From Candidatus Marinacidobacterales bacterium (lineage in GTDB: Bacteria > Acidobacteriota > Vicinamibacteria > Marinacidobacterales > SMYC01): a stretch of DNA of 64,000 nucleotides. The position numbers and the translations under genes are program-made. The notes below the pieces were generated by a model, which saw nothing but the letters and a program-made list of their open reading frames with translations, searched no databases and had not been told where the DNA came from. Positions 11,289 to 20,812 of the stretch are shown here, piece after piece. The stretch lies in assembly GCA_965237955.1 (NCBI GenBank), contig OZ250169.1, positions 4,000,001 to 4,064,000 of the forward strand, read 5' to 3'. Positions within the stretch are counted from its first letter, which is position 1. Each line of letters starts with the position of its first letter.

Positions 11289-11372
11289 CCCCGCTACCGC
11301 TAACCCACACCTCCAGTTTTTATATGTCGCTCTCGAGGGAGGTTTCGCTGAGGGATTTCGTCTCCATCCCCT

Positions 11373-12667
11373 ATGGACACGGTGGCGGCCACGCCTGCCC
11401 TCGTCCCGCCAAGGGACGACTGTCCGCCCATGTATCGCCCGCGCAACCCGCACGCGAGCCCTCTATTCCAACTCTTCGAAACACACTACGAAACCGTCAA
11501 GACCGTCTGGGAAGAGCGATTCGAGCGCCAGTATGGATTTTGGCAAGACGCTGGGATCGTGCCGTGGCCGCTTACCTTGACTGTGGCTTGTTCGAATCCG
11601 GTTTCGCCCGCGTCCAGTGCCCGAACTGCAAAGTCGAGTTCCTCGTCGCCTTTTCGTGTCGGTGTCGGGGGCTTTGTCCATCGTGCAGCGCCAAGCGCGC
11701 CGCCATTTTCTCCGAGTTGCTGCAACACAAGATTCTCGCGGACATGCCTCACGCTCAATGGGTTTTCTCGATCCCAAAAATGTTGCGCCCCTACTTTCTC
11801 TACCATCAAGAGCTTCTAGGGGATCTCGCAAGACTCGCCTACGAGACCGTGCGTGAGACTGATGGCGGCCGCTGTCGAGGAGCCCGACGCGCGGCCGGGA
11901 ATGGTCGCCGTCATCCAGACCTTTGGGTCGTCGTTAAAATTCAATCCTCATATCCATGCGATCGTCACGCGTGGGGTCTTCCTCTCTAACGGACAGTGGC
12001 ATCCCATTCCCTACGTCGATGCCCACAAAGCCGAGCTTGTCTTTCGCCATAAGCTTCTCCGATTTCTACGAGACCGGACCTCATTTCCGAAGACCGCATC
12101 GACTTACTCTTATCTTGGCGCCATTCAGGTTTCAGCGTTCACAATCACACCACCGTCTATCCCAGCGACACTGAAGGGCTCCATCGCCTCGCTTGCTACT
12201 TGCACCGCGCCCCCGTGAACTTGTCCCGACTTCGCTATCATCCGGAATCCGGCATCCTTATTAATGAGCCCAAGCCCGGACACGATGTCGGCGACACCGA
12301 GCCTATCGACCCGCTCGAATTTCTCGCCCGAGTGCTCATCCACATCCCTGAGCCCAACAAGCATCTCGTCCATTTCTATGGCGCCTACGCCAACCGCGTT
12401 CGCTCCTCGACAACGCGTCTTTGCGACTCTGCGCAAAAGCAGGGAGAGGATCGACCGGCACCTACGCAACGCTCGGTGCGAAAACGATGGGCTGAGCTCA
12501 TTTACAAAATCTACGACGTCGACCCTTTGACCTGCCGATGCGGGGCCCAGATGAAGATCGTCGCTTTCGTCACTGAGCCCGCTTCCATTCGTCGTATTTT
12601 GGCGCACCGTAAGAACAACCCCTCGCGACAAAGAGCTCCTCCAAAGCCGACGCTCAACCTCCATTGA
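11373..12667 (+). pseudogene. IS91-family (Y2/HUH) transposase, frameshifted
   Basis: Consecutive frames give the zinc-binding CPNC..FSCRCRGLCPSC, the HUH motif NPHIHAIV, WRHSGFSVH, PLEFLARVLIHIP and C-terminal DPLTCxCG. Confidence 0.88.
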
Positions 12668-12852
12668 CGCCTACCCCACTAAACGCTCTTCCTGTGTCTT
12701 GAACCTCGTGAACGGTCTTCGACGCCCCATACCGTCCCCGCGACGATCCCTTTTTCTCTCGCAATGCGTCCGGCTTAATTCAAAACGCCCACCTTGAAAG
12801 GAAATTTGCCTCAATCTTGCCTCCCAAGGACTGGCCCTCGGGATAGAAACGG

Positions 12853-13041
12853 CTATCTGTTCCGATTCTCGCCGGGCGACATCCTCGACCTCAGAAGCGA
12901 CGGGATGGCAATCGCGGCCAGGACGAGCGCGAGTATGGTGAGAACGAGACACCCGGTTCCACCAAAGCTGGACGTTTCTCGGGCTGTCTCGTGACTGTCT
13001 GGTTCCTCTCGCTGCTCTCGAATCACCTTTCGCGCCGCCAA
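12853..13041 (-). CDS. Small membrane peptide with pilin-like segment (possible gene fragment)
   Basis: LVLTILALVLAAIAIPSLLRSRMS resembles the hydrophobic helix of type IV pilin-like proteins. Confidence 0.35.
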   Translation of the reverse strand: MAARKVIREQREEPDSHETARETSSFGGTGCLVLTILALVLAAIAIPSLLRSRMSPGENRNR

Positions 13042-13087
13042 ACGAGCTCGCCCGTCCCCTCTTGCGGCCGAAGCGCGATCCGATCCT

Positions 13088-13175
13088 CAGTAAGCTCGAC
13101 TTTCGCTTCATCACCCTTTCGCGGAGTCCCTCAGGTTCATTTCTAGGCGCCACTGAGTTACGATCTCCTATCAGT
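13088..13175 (+). repeat. 88-bp direct repeat, copy 1 (putative oriIS end of IS91-like element)
   Basis: Near-identical to 15904-15991. Its last 13 bp (ATCTCCTATCAGT) are tandemly duplicated at 13176-13188. Confidence 0.85.
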
Positions 13176-13304
13176 ATCTCCTATCAGTCCTCGGGAGGCA
13201 GACCCTTCGCGTCGGACGGCTTCTCGCTCATGAGCGGGACACTTATAACACCGTCGCCGGCTGGAGGTCCCGATCAATCCCCGGTAGAATCTTCGACCAA
13301 AAAT

Positions 13305-15044
13305 ATGCGCCTGACCTCGGGATCGCGCAAGCTCTCGGCACTTCTCGCCTCGGTGGCGTTCGTTGCTTGCGAGGCGCCCGAAAGTCAGCGCCCCAACATC
13401 ATCCTCGTCATGACCGACGACCAGGGGATCGGGGATTTGGCTGTCATGGGGAACCCCGTGATCGACACCCCGAACCTCGACCGCCTCGCCGCCGAGGGGG
13501 CGCAGATGACGACGTTCTACGTCAGCCCCGTGTGCGCGCCGACGCGCGCGAGCTTGATGACGGGCCGCTACAACTATCGCACGCGCGTCGTCGATACCTA
13601 CATCGGCCGCGCGATGATGGAGCCGGAGGAAGTGACGCTCGCGGAAGTGCTGCGCGATGCCGGCTACGCGACCGGGCTCTTCGGTAAGTGGCACCTCGGT
13701 GACAACTATCCGATGCGGCCGCAGGATCAAGGATTCGAAGAGGTCCTCATGCACCGCGGCGGGGGTATCGGCCAGCCGTCGGATCCACTCGCGGGCGAGA
13801 ACAGGTACACCGATCCGGTGTTGTTCGAGAACGGCGTCGAGAAGAGCTTCGAAGGTTATTGCGCGGACCTCTATTTCGATCACGCGATGAAATGGCTCGA
13901 GCGCGAGCACCGTGCCCGCCGGCCCTTCTTCGCTTACATCTCGAGCAACACCCCTCACAGTCCCTATCACGATGTGCCCGAAGAGCTATATCGCAAGTAC
14001 CGAGAGCGTGACCTGTCAGAGGTCATGCTGAGAGGTGGCGACGATCCCGATACGCTCGCGCGCATCTTCGCGATGGTCGAGAACATCGACCAGAACATGG
14101 GCCGCTTGCACGATCGGCTCGGCACGCTCGGCATCGCCGAGAACACCATCGTCATCTTCCTCACCGACAACGGGCCGAACACGATGCGCTATGTCGGCGA
14201 TCTGCGAGGCATGAAGGGGCAGGTTCACAGCGGCGGCATACGGACGAGCTTCTTTTGGCGCTGGCCCGCACGTGTCGACGCCGGACGCAGGATCGACACC
14301 ATGGCGGCGCACATCGACGTCATGCCCACGTTGCTCGAAGCGGCGGGAGTTGCGTCACTGGCAGGCATGGACGGTGTGAGCTTCTTGCCGGAGCTCGAGG
14401 GAGATGTCCGCGAGCGAGACGATCGTACGCTTTTCATCCAAACGCACCGTGGCGATGTGCCGCAGCTGTATCACCACGTGTCCATCCACACCGAGCGATG
14501 GAAGCTGGTCAACCCGAGCGGCTTCGGGCTGGACGCGATGGAGGGCGAGCCCGAGTGGGAGCTCTACGATCTGAGCGTCGACCCGGGCGAGAGCAACAAC
14601 GTCGCCGAAGAGAATCCGCAGCAGCTCGAGCTACTGAAGAAGCAGTACGAAGATTGGTTCCGCGACGTGAGCTCGACGCGAGATCACAACTACGCTCCGC
14701 CGCGCATCATCGTCGGCTCCTCGCACGAGCCGATCTCGGTGCTCACGCGGCAGGACTGGCGGCATTTTCAGGATCGACCGTGGGCGCCGCGCTCCAACGG
14801 GGTTTGGAAGATTGACGCCGCGGAGGGTGGGACATATCGGGTGACGGTGCTCTTAAAGACCGAGCCCGAGAGGGTGGAGCTGCGCTGGGGCGATCGATCG
14901 TGGACTCAAAGCGTCGGCGACGGCGCGACCGAGGTCGTCTTCGATGTCGACGAAATCCAGGCCGGTCCCGCTGATCTCATGGCCGTGGCTCGAGAGGACG
15001 GGGCCGAGTATGGCCCTTGGCAGGCGGAGGTGGAGAGGAGGTAG
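13305..15044 (+). CDS. Arylsulfatase (Cys-type formylglycine sulfatase), probable lipoprotein
   Basis: PNIILVMTDDQG, CAPTRASLMTGR, GKWHLG and TDNG motifs. N-terminal FVAC lipobox-like signal. Confidence 0.92.
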   Translation: MRLTSGSRKLSALLASVAFVACEAPESQRPNIILVMTDDQGIGDLAVMGNPVIDTPNLDRLAAEGAQMTTFYVSPVCAPTRASLMTGRYNYRTRVVDTYIGRAMMEPEEVTLAEVLRDAGYATGLFGKWHLGDNYPMRPQDQGFEEVLMHRGGGIGQPSDPLAGENRYTDPVLFENGVEKSFEGYCADLYFDHAMKWLEREHRARRPFFAYISSNTPHSPYHDVPEELYRKYRERDLSEVMLRGGDDPDTLARIFAMVENIDQNMGRLHDRLGTLGIAENTIVIFLTDNGPNTMRYVGDLRGMKGQVHSGGIRTSFFWRWPARVDAGRRIDTMAAHIDVMPTLLEAAGVASLAGMDGVSFLPELEGDVRERDDRTLFIQTHRGDVPQLYHHVSIHTERWKLVNPSGFGLDAMEGEPEWELYDLSVDPGESNNVAEENPQQLELLKKQYEDWFRDVSSTRDHNYAPPRIIVGSSHEPISVLTRQDWRHFQDRPWAPRSNGVWKIDAAEGGTYRVTVLLKTEPERVELRWGDRSWTQSVGDGATEVVFDVDEIQAGPADLMAVAREDGAEYGPWQAEVERR

Positions 15045-15046
15045 TC

Positions 15047-15247
15047 GTGAGAGACAAATTGGAGCTCGTTGGGAACGCGGCTGGGCTCCTTGGAGTGGTG
15101 CTCTGTCTTGGAGCGGGGCTAGGAAGGGTCGCGGGCTTCTACATTCTCGCGGGGTTCGAGCCGATGAGCCTGTACTTGGGAGGGATGGGCTTCATGCTCG
15201 GCGCTTGCTTGGCCAAGCTCCATTTGTTGGGCGCTGCCGAGCGTTGA
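15047..15247 (+). CDS. Small two-TM membrane protein
   Basis: GAGGAGG RBS and GTG start directly after the sulfatase stop; 66 aa, hydrophobic. Confidence 0.6.
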   Translation: MRDKLELVGNAAGLLGVVLCLGAGLGRVAGFYILAGFEPMSLYLGGMGFMLGACLAKLHLLGAAER

Positions 15248-15251
15248 GGGA

Positions 15252-15280
15252 CGGAGACGTCGCTAGACGCGACGTCTCCG
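15252..15280. terminator. Perfect 12-bp hairpin (terminator or REP-like)
   Basis: CGGAGACGTCGC-tagac-GCGACGTCTCCG right after the small gene. No clear U-tract. Confidence 0.45.
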
Positions 15281-15296
15281 CCTTCGCTCAGACGCC

Positions 15297-15991
15297 GTGG
15301 TCGTCAATGAGGGCTTGGCCCAGGGCCGCGGACTCCTCGTCGTCCAGCACCGGGGTGCAATCCAAATCGAGAGACGGGTTCACCCAGACTCCCAGCTCAT
15401 CCTCTACGAGTCCAAAGCTGGGCACGAGGTCGACGATGAGTCCCACCTCAACCCCTTGGAGTTTCTGGCTCGAGTTCTTATCCACATCCCCGAGCCCAAC
15501 AAGCACTTGGTTCATTTCTACGGCGTCTATGCCAACCGCGTTCGTTCCACGTACCGGAAAAGAAGATACGGCTCCACCCGACGAAGCGACGGACGCCACG
15601 CCTCCCCGGCGCGTTGTGAGCAAGCGATGGGCCGAGCTCATCTACCGAATCTACGAGATCGACCCTTTAACCTGTCGGCAATGTGGCGCCCCAATGAAGA
15701 TTCTCGCTTTCATCACCAAGCCCTCCGTCATCCGCCGAATCCTCGATCACGACGCCAGGAGTCGACAACGAGCTCCCCCCTGCCTACTCGACTCGAGTCC
15801 ACTAAACCCAACGACTCATGCCGACACTCGACGTCTGCCTACCAGCCGTCGACTCCGAATCCACCAACCTGAACTCGAGCTTTCCTCTAACTCGAGCCTA
15901 CACCAGTAAGCTCGACCTTCGCTTCACCACCCTTTCGCGGAGCCCTTCAGGTTCATTTCTAGGCGCCACTGAGTTACGATCTCCTATCAGT
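15297..15991 (+). mobile_element. IS91-like element remnant (3' part of transposase plus end)
   Basis: PLEFLARVLIHIPEPNKHLVHFYG..KRWAELIY..DPLTCRQCG..RAPP is paralogous to the 12200-12667 segment; frameshifted. Confidence 0.82.
15904..15991 (+). repeat. 88-bp direct repeat, copy 2
   Basis: Matches 13088-13175 with few substitutions. Confidence 0.85.
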
Positions 15992-16031
15992 CGATTGGAC
16001 CACTGGGATGCAACTCTGCCGTCAGAATATG

Positions 16032-17840
16032 TCAAACAAGGGAAGACGCCGGTCCCGGACGACCCAACCGAACCCGCCTACCGCCCGCAATAGAAGCCGC
16101 GGCTGCGCCAAGCAGTAGCAGCGCAGCCGGGAACCCTCCGAAATTGCTGCGCTGGCCAGGAACGCTGCAGTCGCAGCCCGACTCCTGATCGGTATTGCTG
16201 ACACGCGTGGAGGCGTCACCATCCTGTGTGCCGCCCGCGTCCATTGGATCAGACTCCATCTGCTCCGTGCCATCAGGCGGATCAGTCGAGTCCATGGCGC
16301 TTCCTGCGTCGGCTCCCATCATCATATCCGGGCCAGGTTCACCACCTCGCGGAGGCGGCTGGTCACCAAACGCGAACGAATAGACCTTTGCGTCTCCCGT
16401 GATCTCAAAACGAATCCGCGTTTCATGTCCCACGCACCTGTCGTAATTGTAGTCGTTCATCCAGGTGAGACCGGAATCCACCCCGCTAGCCGTCATGGGT
16501 TCGCTCTCAGCGATCACAGCACCTTTGGCATCAAGCAACGTCACCTTGACGCTGCCGCCCGCCTCGATGTCGGCCGTGACTTCAAGGTTGCTGCCCCGGC
16601 AGATCACCGGGACCGTATTGACCTCCGCGGGTGCGTCAGAAGCTGGCTCATAGCCCGCCCAGTGATCGGGTTTGATGGTGGCCAGGCCCAAGAACCCTTT
16701 TCGCCAATCGAAAAAGTACCAATCGCCAGCGCCGTAATAGATGCGCACCTCGTCCTCCAGAAACACCGGCGCCGACGCGAATATCACCCCGAAGTCATGG
16801 GCCATTTTTCCGAATTCGGGGGGAGTGGGACCGCTCGTGCCGTTTGGAATGAAGGGGGTGCCCGGCTCGATCCGGTGCCAGGTTGTGCCGTCCGGGCTCC
16901 AGGTTAACTCAACATGCTGCGTGACATTATCCATCACCCCCTGATCTGGCGTGGCTCCCTCTGGGAAATGCATGGATCCCAAAAGCCCAATGTAGATGCC
17001 CCCGGTCGGGAACACGATCATGTCATGAGCCTGCTCCAACGGGTCCTCGCTCGCAGCAAAGACCTCAGTGTGCTTCGTCCAGGTCAAGAAATCTTTCGAC
17101 TCGGTGAACGTTACCACGCGTCCCTGCGGTCCCTTCTCGCGCGTGTAGCCCATGTACCTCCGCGTTCGTTCATCCCAAAAAGCGTTGTTGTGCGTGTCAC
17201 CTGGGGACTCAATGGTGGCCGCGTTTACCCAGTCTGACCAGTTCACACCATCGGGAGAGTAAGCGATGGTCATGTCCTTGGTGCCGCGGAAGTCAAAGCT
17301 TGAGAAGAACGCCTTGTAGCGCTTCTTAGGGTCTGCATCATGGGGATCGACGAAAATGCCCACACCGTGAGGTTCATGCATCACAAAGTTGTTGGCAGTG
17401 TTGCCTTCAAACTCGAGCAGATTCAGATCAGGTTTTTCCCAAACCAGGCCGTCTGCGCTGGTGGCGTACAGCAGTGAGATCACCCGATCATTGGGCTTCT
17501 TCCTCATGTAGTCGGTGTCCGTAGGGTTTCGCTCCGCCTCCGGCGTCGACGTCGTCCGCATATCTACGGTGAAGGGGTTGTACCAACACTTGTAAACACC
17601 TTGTTCAAACACGACGTTCGCGTAAACGTTGTCGAACCGAACCTCCCACGGCTTGTCCTCCCCAAACAGTGGCTCCGGATGTTTGTCGATTTCTCCGACT
17701 GTCAGCTTCGCCCCCGTCTCGGACTCCACAAACCCGAGGAGCATGTACCGTTCATAATCAGGCGTTTGCGCGAAGGCGCTCTCGATAGTGAACGCGCCTA
17801 CGAGCAGGGCCAAACAGGCGCGTCGAACGATGGTATGCAT
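16032..17840 (-). CDS. Secreted five-bladed beta-propeller glycosidase-like protein with MYXO-CTERM-like C-terminal anchor
   Basis: Signal peptide; SxDGxxW repeats (SADGLVW, SPDGVNW, SKDFLTW, SPDGTTW); low-complexity linker; GCDCS motif, TM helix and RRVR tail. Confidence 0.7.
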   Translation of the reverse strand: MHTIVRRACLALLVGAFTIESAFAQTPDYERYMLLGFVESETGAKLTVGEIDKHPEPLFGEDKPWEVRFDNVYANVVFEQGVYKCWYNPFTVDMRTTSTPEAERNPTDTDYMRKKPNDRVISLLYATSADGLVWEKPDLNLLEFEGNTANNFVMHEPHGVGIFVDPHDADPKKRYKAFFSSFDFRGTKDMTIAYSPDGVNWSDWVNAATIESPGDTHNNAFWDERTRRYMGYTREKGPQGRVVTFTESKDFLTWTKHTEVFAASEDPLEQAHDMIVFPTGGIYIGLLGSMHFPEGATPDQGVMDNVTQHVELTWSPDGTTWHRIEPGTPFIPNGTSGPTPPEFGKMAHDFGVIFASAPVFLEDEVRIYYGAGDWYFFDWRKGFLGLATIKPDHWAGYEPASDAPAEVNTVPVICRGSNLEVTADIEAGGSVKVTLLDAKGAVIAESEPMTASGVDSGLTWMNDYNYDRCVGHETRIRFEITGDAKVYSFAFGDQPPPRGGEPGPDMMMGADAGSAMDSTDPPDGTEQMESDPMDAGGTQDGDASTRVSNTDQESGCDCSVPGQRSNFGGFPAALLLLGAAAASIAGGRRVRLGRPGPASSLV

Positions 17841-17971
17841 GTTCACTAGTACCCCCTTCTTGCGCTCGCTTGGCCAACGCTTGGGCGGCCTCAAGCACCT
17901 GCCTTAACGGGCGTTCCTCAAGGAATTTCACGCAGGCAGGCTAGCACATCCCTTCGTTTCTGTTTCGCCAC

Positions 17972-19159
17972 TTGATCCCAAGACCGATTCGGCAGAAATT
18001 ACCCGTTATGACCAAGACCACCTCGGACGCGAAGACAGGCCGGAAGCGGTACAAGTGGACGACGGCCAAGGGCTCGCGCCAGGACGCAGAGAAGGCGCTG
18101 ACGGCCCAGCTCGCCGAGGTCGATGCCGGTACGAACGTCGACCCGTCCACCATGAAGGTAGGCGAGTGGCTCGACACGTGGATCAAAACGGTCATCGAGC
18201 CGGACGAGCGGAAAGAAGGCAACGACGAAGGCATCGCCCCGAGAACCGTCGAGACATACCGGGCCGTCGTCAATCACCATTTGAGGCCCGCGCTCGGCAG
18301 GCATCGGCTCCAGAAGCTAACGGCGATCCACGTGATGGACTACTACGCGGCGAAGGGCGCCGAGCTTTCGAAGACGACCCTGCAACAGCATCAGGCGGTC
18401 TTCCATCGAGCATTGAAGGACGCGAAGAGTATCAAGCTCGTCTCTCAGAACGTCGCGGCCTCCGTGCCCAACAAGCCGCGAAGGAAGAAGGGCTATCGAG
18501 CGGTCGATCCCGACGAAGAGGTATGGACCGTTGCCGAGGTACGCAAGGTCCTCGAGGCCGCGCGGAAGATGGGTAAGCAACCGGCAGCGTTCTATACCGT
18601 CGCCCTGGAGACGGGTATGCGAAAGGCGGAGCTCTGCGGGCTCAAGTGGCAGGACATCGACCTCGACGAAGGCCGGATCTCCGTCGTCCGCCAGCTCCGA
18701 AAGCCCGGAGCCGATCCCGTGTACGGTCCTCCGAAGAACGGCCGCACGAGAAAGCTCGAGATCAGTAAGACGGTCGTCGAGCTCCTGCTCAAGCACAAGA
18801 GGTCCCAAGCGGAACAGAAACTAAAGAACCGGATCGTCTATCGAGATCATGGTCTCGTGTTCAGTAAGGAATGGTCGGAGCTCGGACGCAATGATCGACT
18901 GGATGAGCCTCTCCAGATGAACAACATCGGTCAGAGAGAATTTGCGACGCTCATCGAGAAAGCGGGCGTCAAGACGATCACCTTTCACGGGATGAGGCAC
19001 ACGTGCGCGACCTTGGCGCTCGAGGCCGGAGTGCCCGCGAAGGTGGTTCAAGAGCGGTTGGGTCATAAGGATATTTCCATCACGCTCGGTATCTATACGC
19101 ACGCGCTGAAGTCGATGCAGCAGGACGCGGCAGAGAAGTTGTCGAAGCTGATGCGATAG
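17972..19159 (+). CDS. Tyrosine recombinase / phage-ICE type integrase (N-terminus possibly clipped)
   Basis: TGMRKAEL, PPKNG, FHGMRHT, LGH and IYTH catalytic motifs; N-terminal arm-binding-like region. Confidence 0.92.
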   Translation: MIPRPIRQKLPVMTKTTSDAKTGRKRYKWTTAKGSRQDAEKALTAQLAEVDAGTNVDPSTMKVGEWLDTWIKTVIEPDERKEGNDEGIAPRTVETYRAVVNHHLRPALGRHRLQKLTAIHVMDYYAAKGAELSKTTLQQHQAVFHRALKDAKSIKLVSQNVAASVPNKPRRKKGYRAVDPDEEVWTVAEVRKVLEAARKMGKQPAAFYTVALETGMRKAELCGLKWQDIDLDEGRISVVRQLRKPGADPVYGPPKNGRTRKLEISKTVVELLLKHKRSQAEQKLKNRIVYRDHGLVFSKEWSELGRNDRLDEPLQMNNIGQREFATLIEKAGVKTITFHGMRHTCATLALEAGVPAKVVQERLGHKDISITLGIYTHALKSMQQDAAEKLSKLMR

Positions 19160-19173
19160 CGCTGGAACCGACG

Positions 19174-20206
19174 TTGACAAAACGGATCCTAATATTTGGA
19201 GCCGGTGCATCTAACGCGGCAGGCTACCCGCTTGCGAACGACCTCCTCCCCTCAATCAAGGATTTTCAGACAACAAACACAGCGCTTGTCCAGCTACGCG
19301 ATGCATGGGAAAAATGGGAAGGCGCGAGGAATGCGCTATCGGAAACGTACACCAAAGATCTATTGTCGAATCCGAATCCAGAAGTAGCCCTTTCTCTACT
19401 TGAACTAATTGAAATCGGCGCGACTTCCAGTTCTAACCTCCACGAGCAGACTGCCAAGGTGCGCTCAGCCAAAGCAGCATTATTTGAGTGCCTAAAGTGG
19501 TATTTCACGTTCAAGAATCGTGACGATGCCGAGGATCCAAGTCGGCGTGACTACCTTCGTGATCTACTGCGCTCCCTGGACGAGGGCGATGTCGTTCTTA
19601 CTCTGAACTGGGACACAGTTGCTGAAAGAACTCTTTGTGAACTGGGCGGGAAATGGAACCCGACAACAGGATACGGTCTTGACTGCCCTCTCCATTTCCT
19701 CGGGTCTCCACATTATTCCGTTCCAGACGCGGCTATACCGCGAACGCAACCCTCTCAAGTAACAGTTCTAAAGCTTCATGGTTCCTTCGGATGGTACGAG
19801 ACGTATGGCGATTTCTACATCAGCCGGCAGGTCCTAGACGACTTCCGATTTCAGTACGAGGGTGACAACGTGTTCCCACGCCACCTACGGGAGCCGCTTG
19901 TTGGTCCTGACATGGACCCTGTGCTTTTGTACCCTTCATTCCTGAAACGCTTGAGTAGAATCGAACTGCGAGAGATCTGGCACAAAGCCAAGATCGCTCT
20001 AGACAATTGTGACCGCGTGGAGATCTACGGCTACAGTCTTCCAGAGACAGATATTGCCGTTCGTGCGCTTCTAAATGACCTTCGGTTCCGCCTTCAAGAG
20101 GGGCACCGTTACTGCGCATGTGTCAAACCCCAATGAGGAGGCGCAGAGCCGATGGCGAGATCTGTTGGGCGAGCGCGCGCAGATTGATTCGTCACGCTTA
20201 GAGTGA
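19174..20206 (+). CDS. SIR2-like (SIR2_2) domain protein; probable frameshift near 20100
   Basis: FGAGAS, TLNWD, KLHGS and YGYSLP motifs. The alternative frame after the G-run gives VTAHVSNPNEEAQSRWRDLL to a stop at 20206. Confidence 0.8.
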
Positions 20207-20812
20207 CGACTCGGTGAGTCTCCTCGCCCCCGGCGGGCTCGCCCTCCCTCCTCCCTGGATATGCTGACCAAGTAAGCCGAGCCCGCCCCTCACTCCCCGG
20301 CGAGCCCGGCTTCCTTGCCCTTCACGCCAAACACCCATGTAAGACGAAATTCGGGGCGGGAAACCTCCCTCGGGCGCCCCCGTTTCATCCAAAGAACTTG
20401 CTTTTGCAGGTAGCCTCCCGAGCTGGTATAGCTTCAGCTGGTCTCTGGTTCTCTATATTTCGGCGGCGGGGTGAGTGTCGCCTGCAAAGGAGGTCCGTCA
20501 ATGTTTTTCAAAAACATGAAATACAAGACACAAGCTGCGGCGTTCACGCCTGCCCCGAGGTCAAAAGCAAAAGTCTGGCGCGCGGAGTCCGGGGGGAAAG
20601 AACCGCCGCCGGAGGTTTGGAAGCTTTGGGACGACGAAAGGGATAAAGACTGAAGGTATTATTTATAAAAAGTATATTAAATTATCGTGGTTAACATAGG
20701 AGGTATGAAATATGAAAACATATAAAATATTGGTCTTTTGTGTATCCGTCGCGTCAATATTATTGCTCTCGTGCAGAAAGACAGATACGAAGAGGGAACC
20801 TGTTGTTTTTAA

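Larger units (their letters stand above)
11289..13175 (+). mobile_element. IS91-like rolling-circle element (left end cut by IS5)
   Basis: The transposase is followed by an end sequence (...GATCTCCTATCAGT) shared with the second remnant at 15904-15991. Confidence 0.65.

Noticed and set aside
20207-20653. Inverted repeat GGCGGGCTCG/CGAGCCCGCC and a 50-aa ORF at 20501-20653
   Set aside because: Too short and GC-rich to separate from chance; no family or att site could be assigned.
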